From assembly GCF_009914755.1 (NCBI RefSeq), contig NC_060948.1: 64,000 bases of DNA; one strand, given 5' to 3'. Shown here in pieces: positions 1 through 17,358 of this stretch (position 1 is its first letter; each line of letters opens with the position of its first letter). The position numbers and the translations under genes are program-made. The notes under the pieces are model-generated. The model was not told the DNA's origin. It did not search any database and worked only from the letters and a program-made list of their open reading frames with translations. The DNA comes from the human T2T-CHM13v2.0 reference genome, Homo sapiens.

Positions 1-396
1 TATATTTTTATACATATAACTAGATAAACATGTAATTCTACATCTTTTCATTTATAATATGTAGAATTATATAATCATATATAATTATTTATATTCTATA
101 AAAAATTTTATCATTATATAAATTATAATATATAAAAATTATAATATGTACTACACATATATATATTATATATCATATATGATATAGTACCATTGTTATA
201 TATCATAATACATATAAATGTGTATTATGTTATCTATAATTATATAATTTCATATATAAGATGTATAATATGTATCATATATTATATATGTTATGTAATA
301 TATATAGTATATATAAGATGACACAGGATAAATATTATATACTATGACATATAAAATATATGAGGTTATATGTTACATATAAGGCATAGCACATAA

Positions 397-537
<141 letters not shown>

Positions 538-540
538 TAG

Positions 541-570
541 CTGGGACTACACCACACTGGGACTACACCA
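541..570. repeat. 16-bp-period direct duplication inside the Alu (ctgggactacacca-ca-ctgggactacacca), fixed in all units
   Basis: 541-554 equals 557-570. The Alu consensus has gctgggactacagg only once at this position. Confidence 0.9.
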
Positions 571-640
571 GCTGCCACCATGCCTAGCTAATTTTTTGGA
601 TTTTTAGTAGTGACAGCGTTTCACTGTATTGGCCAGGATG

Positions 641-711
641 GTCTTGATCTCTTCACCTTGTGATCCCCTTGCCTTGGCCTCCAAATTTGCTGGGATTACA
701 GGCCTGAGCCA
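641..711 (-). promoter_or_regulatory. Residual Alu internal Pol III promoter: A-box-like TGGCTCAGGCC (711-701) and B-box-like GATCAAGAC (649-641)
   Basis: Reverse complement of 701-711 and 641-649 compared with AluY TGGCTCACGCC and GATCGAGAC. Function is not shown. Confidence 0.4.
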
Positions 712-1280
712 AGATCCATATTTTTTAAATGAAAAAAAATTTCAAAGGTACTCTGCTTGGTACAATAATCAAATGTATAAACTGAGGAATAAAACATAAC
801 CATGAAACGTACTTATAACTGCATATGGAAAATACAGAGGATAATTTTTTAAATAACATATTTTGAAAGCCTTAACTAGTAATTTGAAGAGCTGGCATTT
901 GAAAGGCCAGTATGAATATACCTTCAAAGCAGCAACACAGGTTCCCCATGAGAAAAAGCAAACACAGGGAAAATAAAAACACAAAGGTTCAATCTCTTCT
1001 GACCTTTGAAAGACACAGCACAGACAGTGGTCCTTAGGACGAAGAGCAGGAGACCCCTAATTCCGTCACCATGGCGATAGGGCATAAACATTGCTGGGTG
1101 AGGGCACAATCCACATTGTGAGGTCCAACTGCTGCCAGGAAGACAGGAGTGCTTTTACATAGACCGAAAGGTCATTGAAGGCTCAGAGTTTTGTTTCAAG
1201 AACTGAATCCCAAGCCCACACGTTATTAGGCTGCGCTTCTTAAAACAAGTTATGAGATGGGAAAAAGGGCACCCACAAAC
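712..1280. repeat. HSATI unique component of the DYZ2 unit (representative copy; present after every Alu, the last one cut by the window end)
   Basis: ~570 bp non-Alu, non-simple-repeat block (aagatccata...gggcacccacaaac) conserved in all units. Its position between the Alu and the AT-rich block matches the known DYZ2 structure. Boundaries are approximate. Confidence 0.8.
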
Positions 1281-2839
1281 ATACGTATACATTATGTATA
1301 TAATAATATACAGTATCATATATATAATATATATAACCTATGTATAATATTGTTTCACATCCTGCATCTTATGTTATATATATTGTATAAAATATAATAA
1401 TTGATAATATATAAGTTTTATAATTATACAATATGACATATAGTATATATTATAAATTATGACATATATAATATATGTTATATGTCATATATAGAATATA
1501 TTATACGGCTAATATACGTATTAAATATAAATTATACATTATATATATTATATATAATATATCTGTTATATATAATACCCATTATGTATAATATATATAT
1601 TATGTCTATGTTATATATAGTATAAAACAACATATAATAATATATAATTGTATATATAAAATGCGACATATAATATATATTATATTTTATAACATATGTA
1701 ATATATATTATATATTATATATAATACGTTGTATGTATAATACCTATATTAAATATATATTATATGACTATGTTATTAATTACATGTCACATGTGTTATA
1801 TATTATATATTTTACATAGAATATACCGGTTACATACAATATATACTATGTTACCTATAATGTATAATTTATTACATGTAAAATAAAGAATGCAATATAT
1901 TATGTATAATTTATAATATACAATATGTGGAATGTGATATATATAACATATAATATATGATATATGAAATACAGTATATGATATATAACATACAATATAT
2001 GATTCCTAATATATATGGTATACAATATATATTTTATGATATGTATTCTATATGTTTTATATTCTGTTATATATAACTATTTGAAATTATATATAACTGT
2101 ATAATATTTTATGTAAATATGTAATATAATATATATAACTATATAATATGTTATATATAACTATATATTATCTTATATATACTTTTATAACATAATTTAC
2201 ATAAAATATCATAATATAATATATATTATATTATTTCATATTACATTATATATATTACATATCACCCAATATAACTAACTTACATAATATTATAATATAG
2301 ATTATATTGTGTTATATTAAATATCATATATATCATGTATCATATATTCTATAATATATATTACACATTATATAATATGTATGTTGTCTATTATGTGATA
2401 TATATAACTATATATATAATTATATTTTTATACATATAACTAGATAAACATGTAATTCTACATCTTTTCATTTATAATATGTAGAATTATATAATCATAT
2501 ATAATTATTTATATTCTATAAAAAATTTTATCATTATATAAATTATAATATATAAAAATTATAATATGTACTACACATATATATATTATATATCATATAT
2601 GATATAGTACCATTGTTATATATCATAATACATATAAATGTGTATTATGTTATCTATAATTATATAATTTCATATATAAGATGTATAATATGTATCATAT
2701 ATTATATATGTTATGTAATATATATAGTATATATAAGATGACACAGGATAAATATTATATACTATGACATATAAAATATATGAGGTTATATGTTACATAT
2801 AAGGCATAGCACATAACATGTAATATATATCATATATAA
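1281..2839. repeat. AT-rich degenerate (TA)n / (TATAA)-type simple-repeat component of the DYZ2 unit (representative copy)
   Basis: ~1.56 kb dominated by A/T (tatataatat, atattatata motifs), copied almost base-for-base between units and ending at the Alu poly(T). Confidence 0.9.
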
Positions 2840-3131
2840 TTTTTTTTTAGACAGAATCTTGTCCTGTTGCACAGGGTGGGGTACAATGGCGCCATCTTTG
2901 CTCACTGCAACTTCTGCCACACGGGTCCAAGCGATTGTCCTCCCTCAGCCTCCCAGGTAGCTGGGACTACACCACACTGGGACTACACCAGCTGCCACCA
3001 TGCCTAGCTAATTTTTTGGATTTTTAGGAGTGACAGCCTTTCACTGTATTGGCCAGGATGGTCTTGATCTCTTCACCTTGTGATCCCCTTGCCTTGGCCT
3101 CCAAATTTGCTGGGATTACAGGCCTGAGCCA
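2840..3131 (-). mobile_element. Alu in DYZ2 unit 2 (A)
   Basis: Copy of 420-711. Confidence 0.92.
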
Positions 3132-5259
3132 AGATCCATATTTTTTAAATGAAAAAAAATTTCAAAGGTACTCTGCTTGGTACAATAATCAAATGTATAA
3201 ACTGAGGAATAAAACATAACCATGAAACCTACTTATAACTGCATATGGAAAATACAGAGGATAATTTTTTAAATAACATATTTTGAAAGCCTTAACTAGT
3301 AATTTGAAGAGTTGGCATTTGAAAGGCCAGTATGAATATACCTTCAAAGCAGCAACACAGGTTCCCCATGAGAAAAAACAAACACAGGGAAAATAAAAAC
3401 ACAAAGGTTCAATCTCTTCTGACCTTTGAAAGACACAGCACAGACAGTGGTCCTTAGGACGAAGAGCAGGAGACCCCTAATTCCGTCACCATGGCGATAG
3501 GGCATAAACATTGCTGGGTGAGGGAACAATCCACATTGTGAGGTCCAACTGCTGCCAGGAAGACAGGAGTGCTTTTACATAGACCGAAAGGTCATTGAAG
3601 GCTCAGAGTTTTGTTTCAAGAACTGAATCCCAAGCCCACACGTTATTAGGCTGCGCTTCTTAAAACAAGTTATGAGATGGGAAAAAGGGCACCCACAAAC
3701 ATACGTATACATTATGTATATAATAATATACAGTATCATATATATAATATATATAACCTATGTATAATATTGTTTTACATCCTGCATCTTATGTTATATA
3801 TATTGTATAAAATATAATAATTGATAATATATAAGTTTTATAATTATACAATATGACAAATAGTATATATTATAATTTATGACATATATAATATATGTTA
3901 TATGTCATATATAGAATATATTATACGGTTAATATACGTATTAAATATAAATTATACATTCTATATATTATATATAATATATCTGTTATATATAATACCC
4001 ATTATGCATAATATATATATTATGTCTATGTTATATATAGTATAAAACAACATATAATAATATATAATTGTATATATAAAATGCGACATATAATATATAT
4101 TATATTTTATAACATATGAAATATATATTATATATTATATATAATACGTTGTATGTATAATACCTATATTAAATATATACTATATGACTATGTTATTAAT
4201 TACATGTCACATGTGTTATATATTATATATTTTACATAGAATATACCGGTTACATACAATATATACTATGTTACCTATAATGTATTATTTATTACATGTA
4301 AAATAAAGAATGCAATATATTATGTATAATTTATAATATACCATATGTGGAATGTCATATATATAACATATAATATATGATATATGATATACAGTATATG
4401 ATATATAACATACAATATATGATTCCTAATATATATGGTATACAATATATATTTTATGATATGTATTCTATATGTTTTATATTCTGTTATATATAACTAT
4501 TTGAAATTATATATAACTGTATAATATTTTATGTAAATATGTAATATAATATATATAACTATATAATATATTATATATAACTATATATTATGTTATATAT
4601 ACTTTTATAACATAATTTACATAAAATATCATAATATAATATATACTATATTATTTCATATTACATAATATATATTACATATCACCCAATATAACTAACA
4701 TACATAATATTACAATATAGATTATATTATGTTATATTAAATATCATATATATCATGTATCATATATTCTATAACATATATTACACATTATATAATATGT
4801 ATGTTGTCTATTATGTGATATATATAACTATATATATAATTATATTTTTATACATATAACTAGATTAACCTGTAATTCTACATATTTTCATTTATAATAT
4901 GTAGAATTATATAATCATATATAATTATTAATATTCTATAAAAAATTTTATCATTATATAAATTATAATATATAAAAATTATAATATGTACTACAAATAT
5001 ATATATTATATGTCATATATGCTATAGTACCTTTGTTATATATCATAATACATATAAATGTGTATTATGTTATCTATAATTATATAATTTCATATATAAG
5101 TTGTATAATATGTATCATATATTATATATGTTATGTAATATATATAGTATATATAAGATGACACAGGATAAATATTATATACTATGACACATAAAATATA
5201 TCAGGTTATATGTTACATATAAGGCATAGCACATAACATGTAATATATATCATATATAA

Positions 5260-5551
5260 TTTTTTTTTAGACAGAATCTTGTCCTGTTGCACAGGGTCGG
5301 GTACAATGGCGCCATGTTTGCTCACTGCAACTTCTGCCTCACGGGTCCAAGCGATTGTCCTCCCTCAGCCTCCCAGGTAGCTGGGACTACACCACACTGG
5401 GACTACACCAGCTGCCACCATGCCTAGCTAATTTTTTGGATTTTTAGTAGTGACAGCGTTTCACTGTATTGGCCAGGACGGTCTTGATCTCTTCACCTTG
5501 TGATCCCCTTGCCTTGGCCTCCAAATTTGCTGGGATTACAGGCCTGAGCCA
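5260..5551 (-). mobile_element. Alu in DYZ2 unit 3 (A)
   Basis: Copy of 420-711. Confidence 0.92.
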
Positions 5552-7649
5552 AGATCCATATTTTTTAAATGAAAAAAAATTTCAAAGGTACTCTGCTTGG
5601 TACAATAATCAAATGTATAAACTGAGGAATAAAACATAACCATGAAACCTACTTATAAGTGCATATGGAAAATACAGAGGATAATTTTTTAAATAACGTA
5701 TTATGAAAGCCTTAACTAGTAATTTGAAGAGTTGGCATTTGAAAGGCCAGTATGAATATACCTTCAAAGCAGCAACACAGGTTCCCCATGAGAAAAAGCA
5801 AACACAGGGAAAATAAAAACACAAAGGTTCAATCTCTTCTGACCTTTGAAAGACACAGCACAGACAGTGGTCCTTAGGACGAAGAGCAGGAGACCCCTAA
5901 TTCCGTCACCATGGCGATAGGGCATAAACATTGCTGGGTGAGGGCACAATCCACATTGTGAGGTCCAACTGCTGCCAGGAAGACAGGAGTGCTTTTACAT
6001 AGACCGAAAGGTCATTGAAGGCTCAGAGTTTTGTTTCAAGAACTGAATCCCAAGCCCACACGTCATTAGGCTGCGCTTCTTAAAACAAGTTATGAGATGG
6101 GAAAAAGGGCACCCACAAACATACGTATACATTATGTATATAATAATATACAGTATCATATATATAATATATATAACCTATGTATAATATTGTTTTACAT
6201 CCTGCATCTTATGTTATATATATTGTATAAAATATAATAATTGATAATATATAAGTTTTATATTTATACAATATGACATATAGTATATATTATAATTTAT
6301 GACATATATAATATATGTTATATGTCATATATAGAATATATTATACGGTTAATATACGTATTAAATATAAATTATACATTATATATATTATATATAATAT
6401 ATCTGTTATATATAATACCCATTATGCATAATATATATATTATGTCTATGTTATATATAGTATAAAACAACATATAATAATATATAATTGTATATATAAA
6501 ATGCGACATATAATATATATTATATTTTATAACATATGAAATATATATTATATATAATACGTTGTATGTATAATACCTATATTAAATATATATTATATGA
6601 CTATGTTATTAATTACATGTCACATGTGTTATATATTATATATTTTACATAGAATATACCGGTTACATACAATATATACTACGTTACCTATAATGTATAA
6701 TTTATTACATGTAAAATAAAGAATGCAATATATTATGTAAAATTTATAACATACAATATGTGGAATGTGATATATATAACATATAATATATGATATATGA
6801 TATACAATATATGATATATAACATACAATATATGATTCCTAATATATATGGTATACAATATATATTTTATGATATGAATTCTCTATGTTTTATATTCTGT
6901 TATATATAACTATTTGAAATTATATATAACTGTATAATATTTTATTTAAATATGTAATATAATATATATAACTATATAATATATTATATATAACTATATA
7001 TTATGTTATATATACTTTTATAACATAATTTACATAAAATATCATCATATAATATATATTATATTATTTCATATTACATAATATATATTACATATCACCC
7101 AATATAACTAACATACATAATATTATAATATAGATTATATTGTGTTATATTAAATATCATATATATCATGTATCATATATTCTATAATATATATTACACA
7201 TTATATAATATGTATGATGTCTATTATGTGATATATATAACTATATATATAATTATATTTTTATACATATAACTAGATAAACATGTAATTCTACATATTT
7301 TCATTTATAATATGTAGAATTATATAATCATATATAATTATTTATATTCTATAAAAAATTTTATCATTATATAAATTATAATATATAAAAATTATAATAT
7401 GTAATACAAATATATATATTATATATCATATATGATATAGTACCTTTGTTATATATCATAATACATATAAATGTGTACTATGTTATCTATAATTATATAA
7501 TTTCATATATAAGATGTATAATATGTATCATATATTATATATGTTATGTAATATATATAGTATATATAAGATGACACAGGATAAATATTATATACTATGA
7601 CATATAAAACATATGAGGTTATATGTTACATATAAGGCATAGCACATAA

Positions 7650-7964
<315 letters not shown>

Positions 7965-10071
7965 AGATCCATACTTTTTAAATGAAAAAAAATTTCAAAG
8001 GTACTCTGCTTGGTACAATAATCAAATGTATACACTGAGGAATAAAACATAACCATGAAACCTACTTATAACTGCATATGGAAAATACAGAGGATAATTT
8101 TTTAAATAACATATTTTGAAAGCCTTAACTAGTAATTTGAAGAGTTGGCATTTGAAAGGCCAGTATGAATATACCTTCAAAGCAGCAACACAGGTTCCCC
8201 ATGAGAAAAAGCAAACTCAGGGAAAATAAAAACACAAAGGTTCAATCTCTTCTGACCTTTGAAAGACACAGCACAGACAGTGGTCCTTAGGACGAAGAGC
8301 AGGAGACCCCTAATTCCGTCACCATGGCGATAGGGCATAAACATTGCTGGGTGAGGGCACAATCCACATTGTGAGGTCCAACTGCTGCCAGGAAGACAGG
8401 AGTGCTTTTACATAGACCGAAAGGTCATTGAAGGCTCAGAGTTTTGTTTCAAGAACTGAATCCCAAGCCCACACGTTATTAGGCTGCGCTTCTTAAAACA
8501 AGTTATGAGATGGGAAAAAGGGCACCCACAAACATACGTATACATTATGTATATAATAATATACAGTGTCATATATATAATATATATAACCTATGTATAA
8601 TATTGTTTTACATCCTGCATCTTATGTTATATATATTGTATAAAATATAATAATTGATAATATATAAGTTTTATAATTATACTATATGACATATAGTATA
8701 TATTATATTTTATGACATATATAATATATGTTATATATCATATATAGAATATATTATACGGTTAATATACGTATTAAATATAAATTATACATTATATATA
8801 TTATATATAATATATCTGTTATATATAATACCCATTATGCATAATATATATATTATGTCTTTGTTATATATAGTATAAAACAACATATAATAATATATAA
8901 TTGTATATATAAAATGCGACATATAATATATATTATATTTTATAACATATGTAATATATATTATATATTATATATAATACGTTGTATGTATAATACCTAT
9001 ATTAAATATATATTATATGACTATGTTATTAATTACATGTCACATGTGTTATATATTATATATTTTACATAGAATATACCGGTTACATACAATATATACT
9101 ATGTTACCTATAATGTATAATTTATTACATGTAAAATAAAGAATGCAATATATTATGTAAAATTTATAACATACAATATGTGGAATGTGATATATATAAC
9201 ATATAATATATGATATATGATATACAATATATGATATATAACATACAATATATGATTCCTAATATATATGGTATACAATATATATTTTATGATATGTATT
9301 CTCTATGTTTTATATTCTGTTATATATAACTATTTGAAATTATATATAACTGTCTAATATTTTATTTAAATATGTAATATAATATATATAACTATATAAT
9401 ATATTATATATAACTATATATTTTGTTATATATACTTTTATAACATAATTTACATAAAATATCATAATATAATATATATTATATTATTTCATATTACATA
9501 ATATATATTACATATCTCCCAATATAACTAACATACATAATATTATAATATAGATTATATTGTGTTATATTAAATATCATATATATCATGTATCATATAT
9601 TCTATAATATATATTACACATTATATAATATGTATGTTGTCTATTATGTGATATATATAACTATATATATAATTATATTTTTATACATATAACTAGATAA
9701 ACATGTAATTCTACATATTTTCATTTATAATATGTAGAATTATATAATCATATATAATTATTTATATTCTATAAAAAATTTTATCATTATATAAATTATA
9801 ATATATAAAAATTATAATATGTACTACAAATATATATATATTATATATCATATATGATATAGTACCTTTGTTATATATCATAATACATATAAATGTGTAT
9901 TATGTTATCTATAATTATATAATTTCATATATAAGATGTATAATATGTATCGTATATTATATATGTTATGTAATATATATAGTATATATAAGATGACACA
10001 GGATAAATATTATATACTATGACATATAAAATATATGAGGTTATATGTTACATATAAGGCATAGCACATAA

Positions 10072-10386
<315 letters not shown>

Positions 10387-12493
10387 AGATCCATACTTTT
10401 TAAATGAAAAAAAATTTCAAAGGTACTCTGCTTGGTACAATAATCAAATGTATAAACTGAGGAATAAAACATAACCATGAAACCTACTTATAACTGCATA
10501 TGGAAAATACAGAGGATAATTTTTTAAATAACGTATTTTGAAAGCCTTAACTAGTAATTTGAAGAGTTGGCATTTGAAAGGCCAGTATGAATATACCTTC
10601 AAAGCAGCAACACAGGTTCCCCATGAGAAAAAGCAAACTCAGGGAAAATAAAAACACAAAGGTTCAATCTCTTCTGACCTTTGAAAGACACAGCACAGAC
10701 AGTGGTCCTTAGGACGAAGAGCAGGAGACCCCTAATTCCGTCACCATGGCGATAGGGCATAAACATTGCTGGGTGAGGGCACAATCCACATTGTGAGGTC
10801 CAACTGCTGCCAGGAAGACAGGCGTGCTTTTACATAGACCGAAAGGTCATTGAAGGCTCAGAGTTTTGTTTCAAGAACTGAATCCCAAGCCCACACGTTA
10901 TTAGGCTGCGCTTCTTAAAACAAGTTATGAGATGGGAAAAAGGGCACCCACAAACATACGTATACATTATGTATATAATAATATACAGTGTCATATATAT
11001 AATATACATAACCTATGTATAATATTGTTTTACATCCTGCATCTTATGTTATATATATTGTATGAAATATAATTATTGATAATATATAAGTTTTATAATT
11101 ATGCTACATGACATATAGTATATATTATAATTTATGACATATATAATATATGTTATATATCATATAGAGAATATATTATACGGTTAATATACGTATTAAA
11201 TATAAATTATACATTATATATATTATATATAATATATCTGTTATATATAATACCCATTATGCATAATATATATATTATGTCTATGTTATATATAGTATAA
11301 AACAACATATAATAATATATAATTGTATATATAAAATGCGACATATAATATATATTATATTTTATAACATATGTAATATATATTATATATTATATATAAT
11401 ACGTTGTATGTGTAATACCTATATTAAATATATATTATATGACTATGTTATTAATTACATGTCACATGTGTTATATATTATATATTTTACATAGAATATA
11501 CCGGTTACATACAATATATACTATGTTACCTATAATGTATAATTTATTACATGTAAAATAAAGAATGCAATATATTATGTATAATTTATAATATACCATA
11601 TGTGGAATGTGATATATATAACATATAATATATGATATATGATATACAGTATATGATATATAACATACAATATATGATTCCTAATATATATGGTATACAA
11701 TATATATTTTATGATATGTATTCTATATGTTTTATATTCTGTTATATATAACTATTTGAAATTATATATAACTGTATAATATTTTATGTAAATATGTAAT
11801 GTAATATATATAACTATATAATATATTATATATAACTATATATTATGTTATATATACTTTTATAACATAATTTACATAAAATATCATAATATAATATATA
11901 TTATATTATTTCATATTACATAATATATATTACATATCACCCAATATAACTAACATACATAATATTATAATATAGATTATATTGTGTTATATTAAATATC
12001 ATATATATCATGTATCATATATTCTATAATATATATTACACATTATATAATATGTATGTTGTCTATTATGTGATATATATAACTCTATATATAATTATAT
12101 TTTTATACATATAACTAGATAAACATGTAATTCTACATATTTTCATTTATAATATGTAGAATTATATAATCATATATAATTAATTATATTCTATAAAAAA
12201 TTTTATCATTATATAAATTATAATATATAAAAATTATAATATGTACTACAAATATATATATATTATATATCATATATGATATAGTACCTTTGTTATATAT
12301 CATAATACATATAAATGTGTATTATGTTATCTATAATTATATAATTTCATATATAAGATGTATAATATGTATCATATATTATATATGTTATGTAATATAT
12401 ATAGTATATATAAGATGACACAGGATAAATATTATATACTATGACATATAAAATATATGAGGTTATATGTTACATATAAGGCATAGCACATAA

Positions 12494-12808
<315 letters not shown>

Positions 12809-14915
12809 AGATCCATACTTTTTAAATGAAAAAAAATTTCAAAGGTACTCTGCTTGGTACAATAATCAAATGTATAAACTGAGGAATAAAACATAACCAT
12901 GAAACGTACTTATAACTGCATATGGAAAATACAGAGGATAATTTTTTAAATAACATATTTTGAAAGCCTTAACTAGTAATTTGAAGAGTTGGCATTTGAA
13001 AGGCCAGTATGAATATACCTTCAAAGCAGCAACACAGGTTCCCCATGAGAAAAAGCAAACTCAGGGAAAATAAAAACACAAAGGTTCAATCTCTTCTGAC
13101 CTTTGAAAGACACAGCACAGACAGTGGTCCTTAGGACGAAGAGCAGGAGACCCCTAATTCCGTCACCATGGCGATAGGGCATAAACATTGCTGGGTGAGG
13201 GCACAATCCACATTGTGAGGTCCAACTGCTGCCAGGAAGACAGGCGTGCTTTTACATAGACCGAAAGGTCATTGAAGGCTCAGAGTTTTGTTTCAAGAAC
13301 TGAATCCCAAGCCCACACGTTATTAGGCTGCGCTTCTTAAAACAAGTTATGAGATGGGAAAAAGGGCACCCACAAACATACGTATACATTATGTATATAA
13401 TAATATACAGTGTCATATATATAATATATATAACCTATGTATAATATTGTTTTACATCCTGCATCTTATGTTATATATATTGTATAAAATATAATTATTG
13501 ATAATATATAAGTTTTATAATTATGCTACATGACATATAGTATATATTATAATTTATGACATATATAATATATGTTATATATCATATATAGAATATATTA
13601 TACGGTTAATATACGTATTAAATATAAATTATACATTATATATATTATATATAATATATCTGTTATATATAATACACATTATGCATAATATATATATTAT
13701 GTCTATGTTATATATAGTATAAAACAACATATAATAATATATAATTGTATATATAAAATGCGACATATAATATATATTATATTTTATAACATATGTAATA
13801 TATATTATATATTATATATAATACGTTGTATGTATAATACCTATATTAAATATATATTATATGACTATGTTATTAATTACATGTCACATGTGTTATATAT
13901 TATATATTTTACATAGAATATACCGGTTACATACAATATATACTATGTTACCTATAATGTATATTTTATTACATGTAAAATAAAGAATGCAATATATTAT
14001 GTATAATTTATAATATACAATATGTGGAATGTGATATATATAACATATAATATATGATATATGATATACAGTATATGATATATAACATACAATATATGAT
14101 TCCTAATATATATGGTATACAATATATATTTTATGATATGTATTCTATATGTTTTATATTCTGTTTTATATAACTATTTGAAATTATATATAACTGTATA
14201 ATATTTTATGTAAATATGTAATGTAATATATATAACTATATAATATATTATATATAACTATATATTATGTTATATATACTTTTATAACATAATTTACATA
14301 AAATATCATAATATAATATATATTATATTATTTCATATTACATAATATATATTTCATATCACCCAATATAACTAACATACATAATATTATAATATAGATT
14401 ATATTATGTTATATTAAATATCATATATATCATGTATCATATATTCTATAATATATATTACACATTATATAATATGTATGTTGTCTATTATGTGATATAT
14501 ATAACTATATATATAATTATATTTTTATACATATAACTAGATAAACATGTAATTCTACATATTTTCATTTATAATATGTAGAATTATATAATCATATATA
14601 ATTATTTATATTCTATAAAAAATTTTATCATTATATAAATTATAATATATAAAAATTATAATATGTACTACAAATATATATATATTATATATCATATATG
14701 ATATAGTACCTTTGTTATATATCATAATACATATAAATGTGTATTATGTTATCTATAATTATATAATTTCATATATAAGTTGTATAATATGTATCATATA
14801 TTATATATGTTATGTAATATATATAGTATATATAAGATGACACAGGATAAATATTATATACTATGACATATAAAATATATGAGGTTATATGTTACATATA
14901 AGGCATAGCACATAA

Positions 14916-15230
<315 letters not shown>

Positions 15231-17358
15231 AGATCCATACTTTTTAAATGAAAAAAAATTTCAAAGGTACTCTGCTTGGTACAATAATCAAATGTATAAA
15301 CTGAGGAATAAAACATAACCATGAAACCTACTTATAACTGCATATGGAAAATACAGAGGATAATTTTTTAAATAACGTATTATGAAAGCCTTAACTAGTA
15401 ATTTGAAGAGTTGGCATTTGAAAGGCCAGTATGAATATACCTTCAAAGCAGCAACACAGGTTCCCCATGAGAAAAAGCAAACACAGGGAAAATAAAAACA
15501 CAAAGGTTCAATCTCTTCTGACCTTTGAAAGACACAGCACAGACAGTGGTCCTTAGGACGAAGAGCAGGAGACCCCTAATTCCGTCACCATGGCGATAGG
15601 GCATAAACATTGCTGGGTGAGGGCACAATCCACATTGTGAGGTCCAACTGCTGCCAGGAAGACAGGAGTGCTTTTACATAGACCGAAAGGTCATTGAAGG
15701 CTCAGAGTTTTGTTTCAAGAACTGAATCCCAAGCCCACACGTTATTAGGCTGCGCTTCTTAAAACAAGTTATGAGATGGGAAAAAGGGCACCCACAAACA
15801 TACGTATACATTATGTATATAATAATATACAGTATCATATATATAATATATATAACCTATGTATAATATTGTTTTACATCCTGCATCTTATGTTATATAT
15901 ATTGTATAAAATATAATTATTGATAATATATAAGTTTTATAATTATACTATATGACATATAGTATATATTATAATTTATGACATATATAATATATGTTAT
16001 ATATCATATATAGAATATATTATACGGTTAATATACGTATTAAATATAAATTATACATTATATATATTATATATAATATATCTGTTATATATAATACCCA
16101 TTATGCATAATATATATATTATGTCTACGTTATATATAGTATAAAACAACATATAATAATATATAATTGTATATATAAAATGCGACATATAATATATATT
16201 ATATTTTATAACATATGTAATATATATTATATATTATATATAATACGTTGTATGTATAATACCTATATTAAATATATATTATATGACTATGTTATTAATT
16301 ACATGTCACATGTGTTATATATTATATATTTTACATAGAATATACCGGTTACATACAATATATACTATGTTACCTATAATGTATAATTTATTACATGTAA
16401 AATAAAGAATGCAATATATTATGTAAAATTTATAACATACAATATGTGGAATGTGATATATATAACATATAATATATGATATATGATATACAATATATGA
16501 TATATAACATACAATATATGATTCCTAATACATATGGTATACAATATATGTTTTATGATATGTATTCTCTATGTTTTATATTCTGTTATATATAACTATT
16601 TGAAATTATATATAACTGTATAATATTTTATTTAAATATGTAATATAATATATATAACTATATAATATATTATATATAACTATATATTATGTTATATATA
16701 CTTTTATAACATAATTTACATAAAATATCATAATATAATATATATTATATTATTTCATATTACATAATATATATTACATATCACCCAATATAACTAACAT
16801 ACATAATATTATAATATAGATTATATTGTGTTATATTAAATATCATATATATCATGTATCATATATTCTATAATATATATTACACATTATATAATATGTA
16901 TGTTGTCTATTATGTGATATATATAACTATATATATAATTATATTTTTATACATATAACTAGATAAACATGTAATTCTACATATTTTCATTTATAATATG
17001 TAGAATTATATAATCATATATAATTATTTATATTCTATAAAGAATTTTATCATTATATAAATTATAATATATAAAAATTATAATATGTACTACAAATATA
17101 TATATTATATATCATATATGATATAGTACCTTTGTTATATATCATAATACATATAAATGTGTATTATGTTATCTATAATTATATAATTTCATATATAAGA
17201 TGTATAATATGTATCATATATTATATATGTTATGTAATATATATAGTATATATAAGATGACACAGGATAAATATTATATACTATGACATATAAAATATAT
17301 GAGGTTATATGTTACATATAAGGCATAGCACATAACATGTAATATATATCATATATAA

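Noticed and set aside
769-984. 71-aa overlapping minus-strand ORF (MCFYFPCV...)
   Set aside because: It is lost in all units with aaactcagg (in-frame TGA), starts at a non-ATG codon and has a composition typical of AT-rich non-coding DNA.
924-1109. 61-aa minus-strand ORF (MCPHPAMF...) repeated in 26 of 27 units
   Set aside because: It lies in the satellite's HSATI block and has no recognisable domain. Recurrence follows from unit identity. Variants are largely amino-acid-changing, and unit 23 has a stop (ctcttctaac, ~54218), so there is no sign of coding constraint.
1281-2839. Numerous TATA-box and AATAAA-like motifs
   Set aside because: These are expected by chance at this AT content, with no associated transcription unit.
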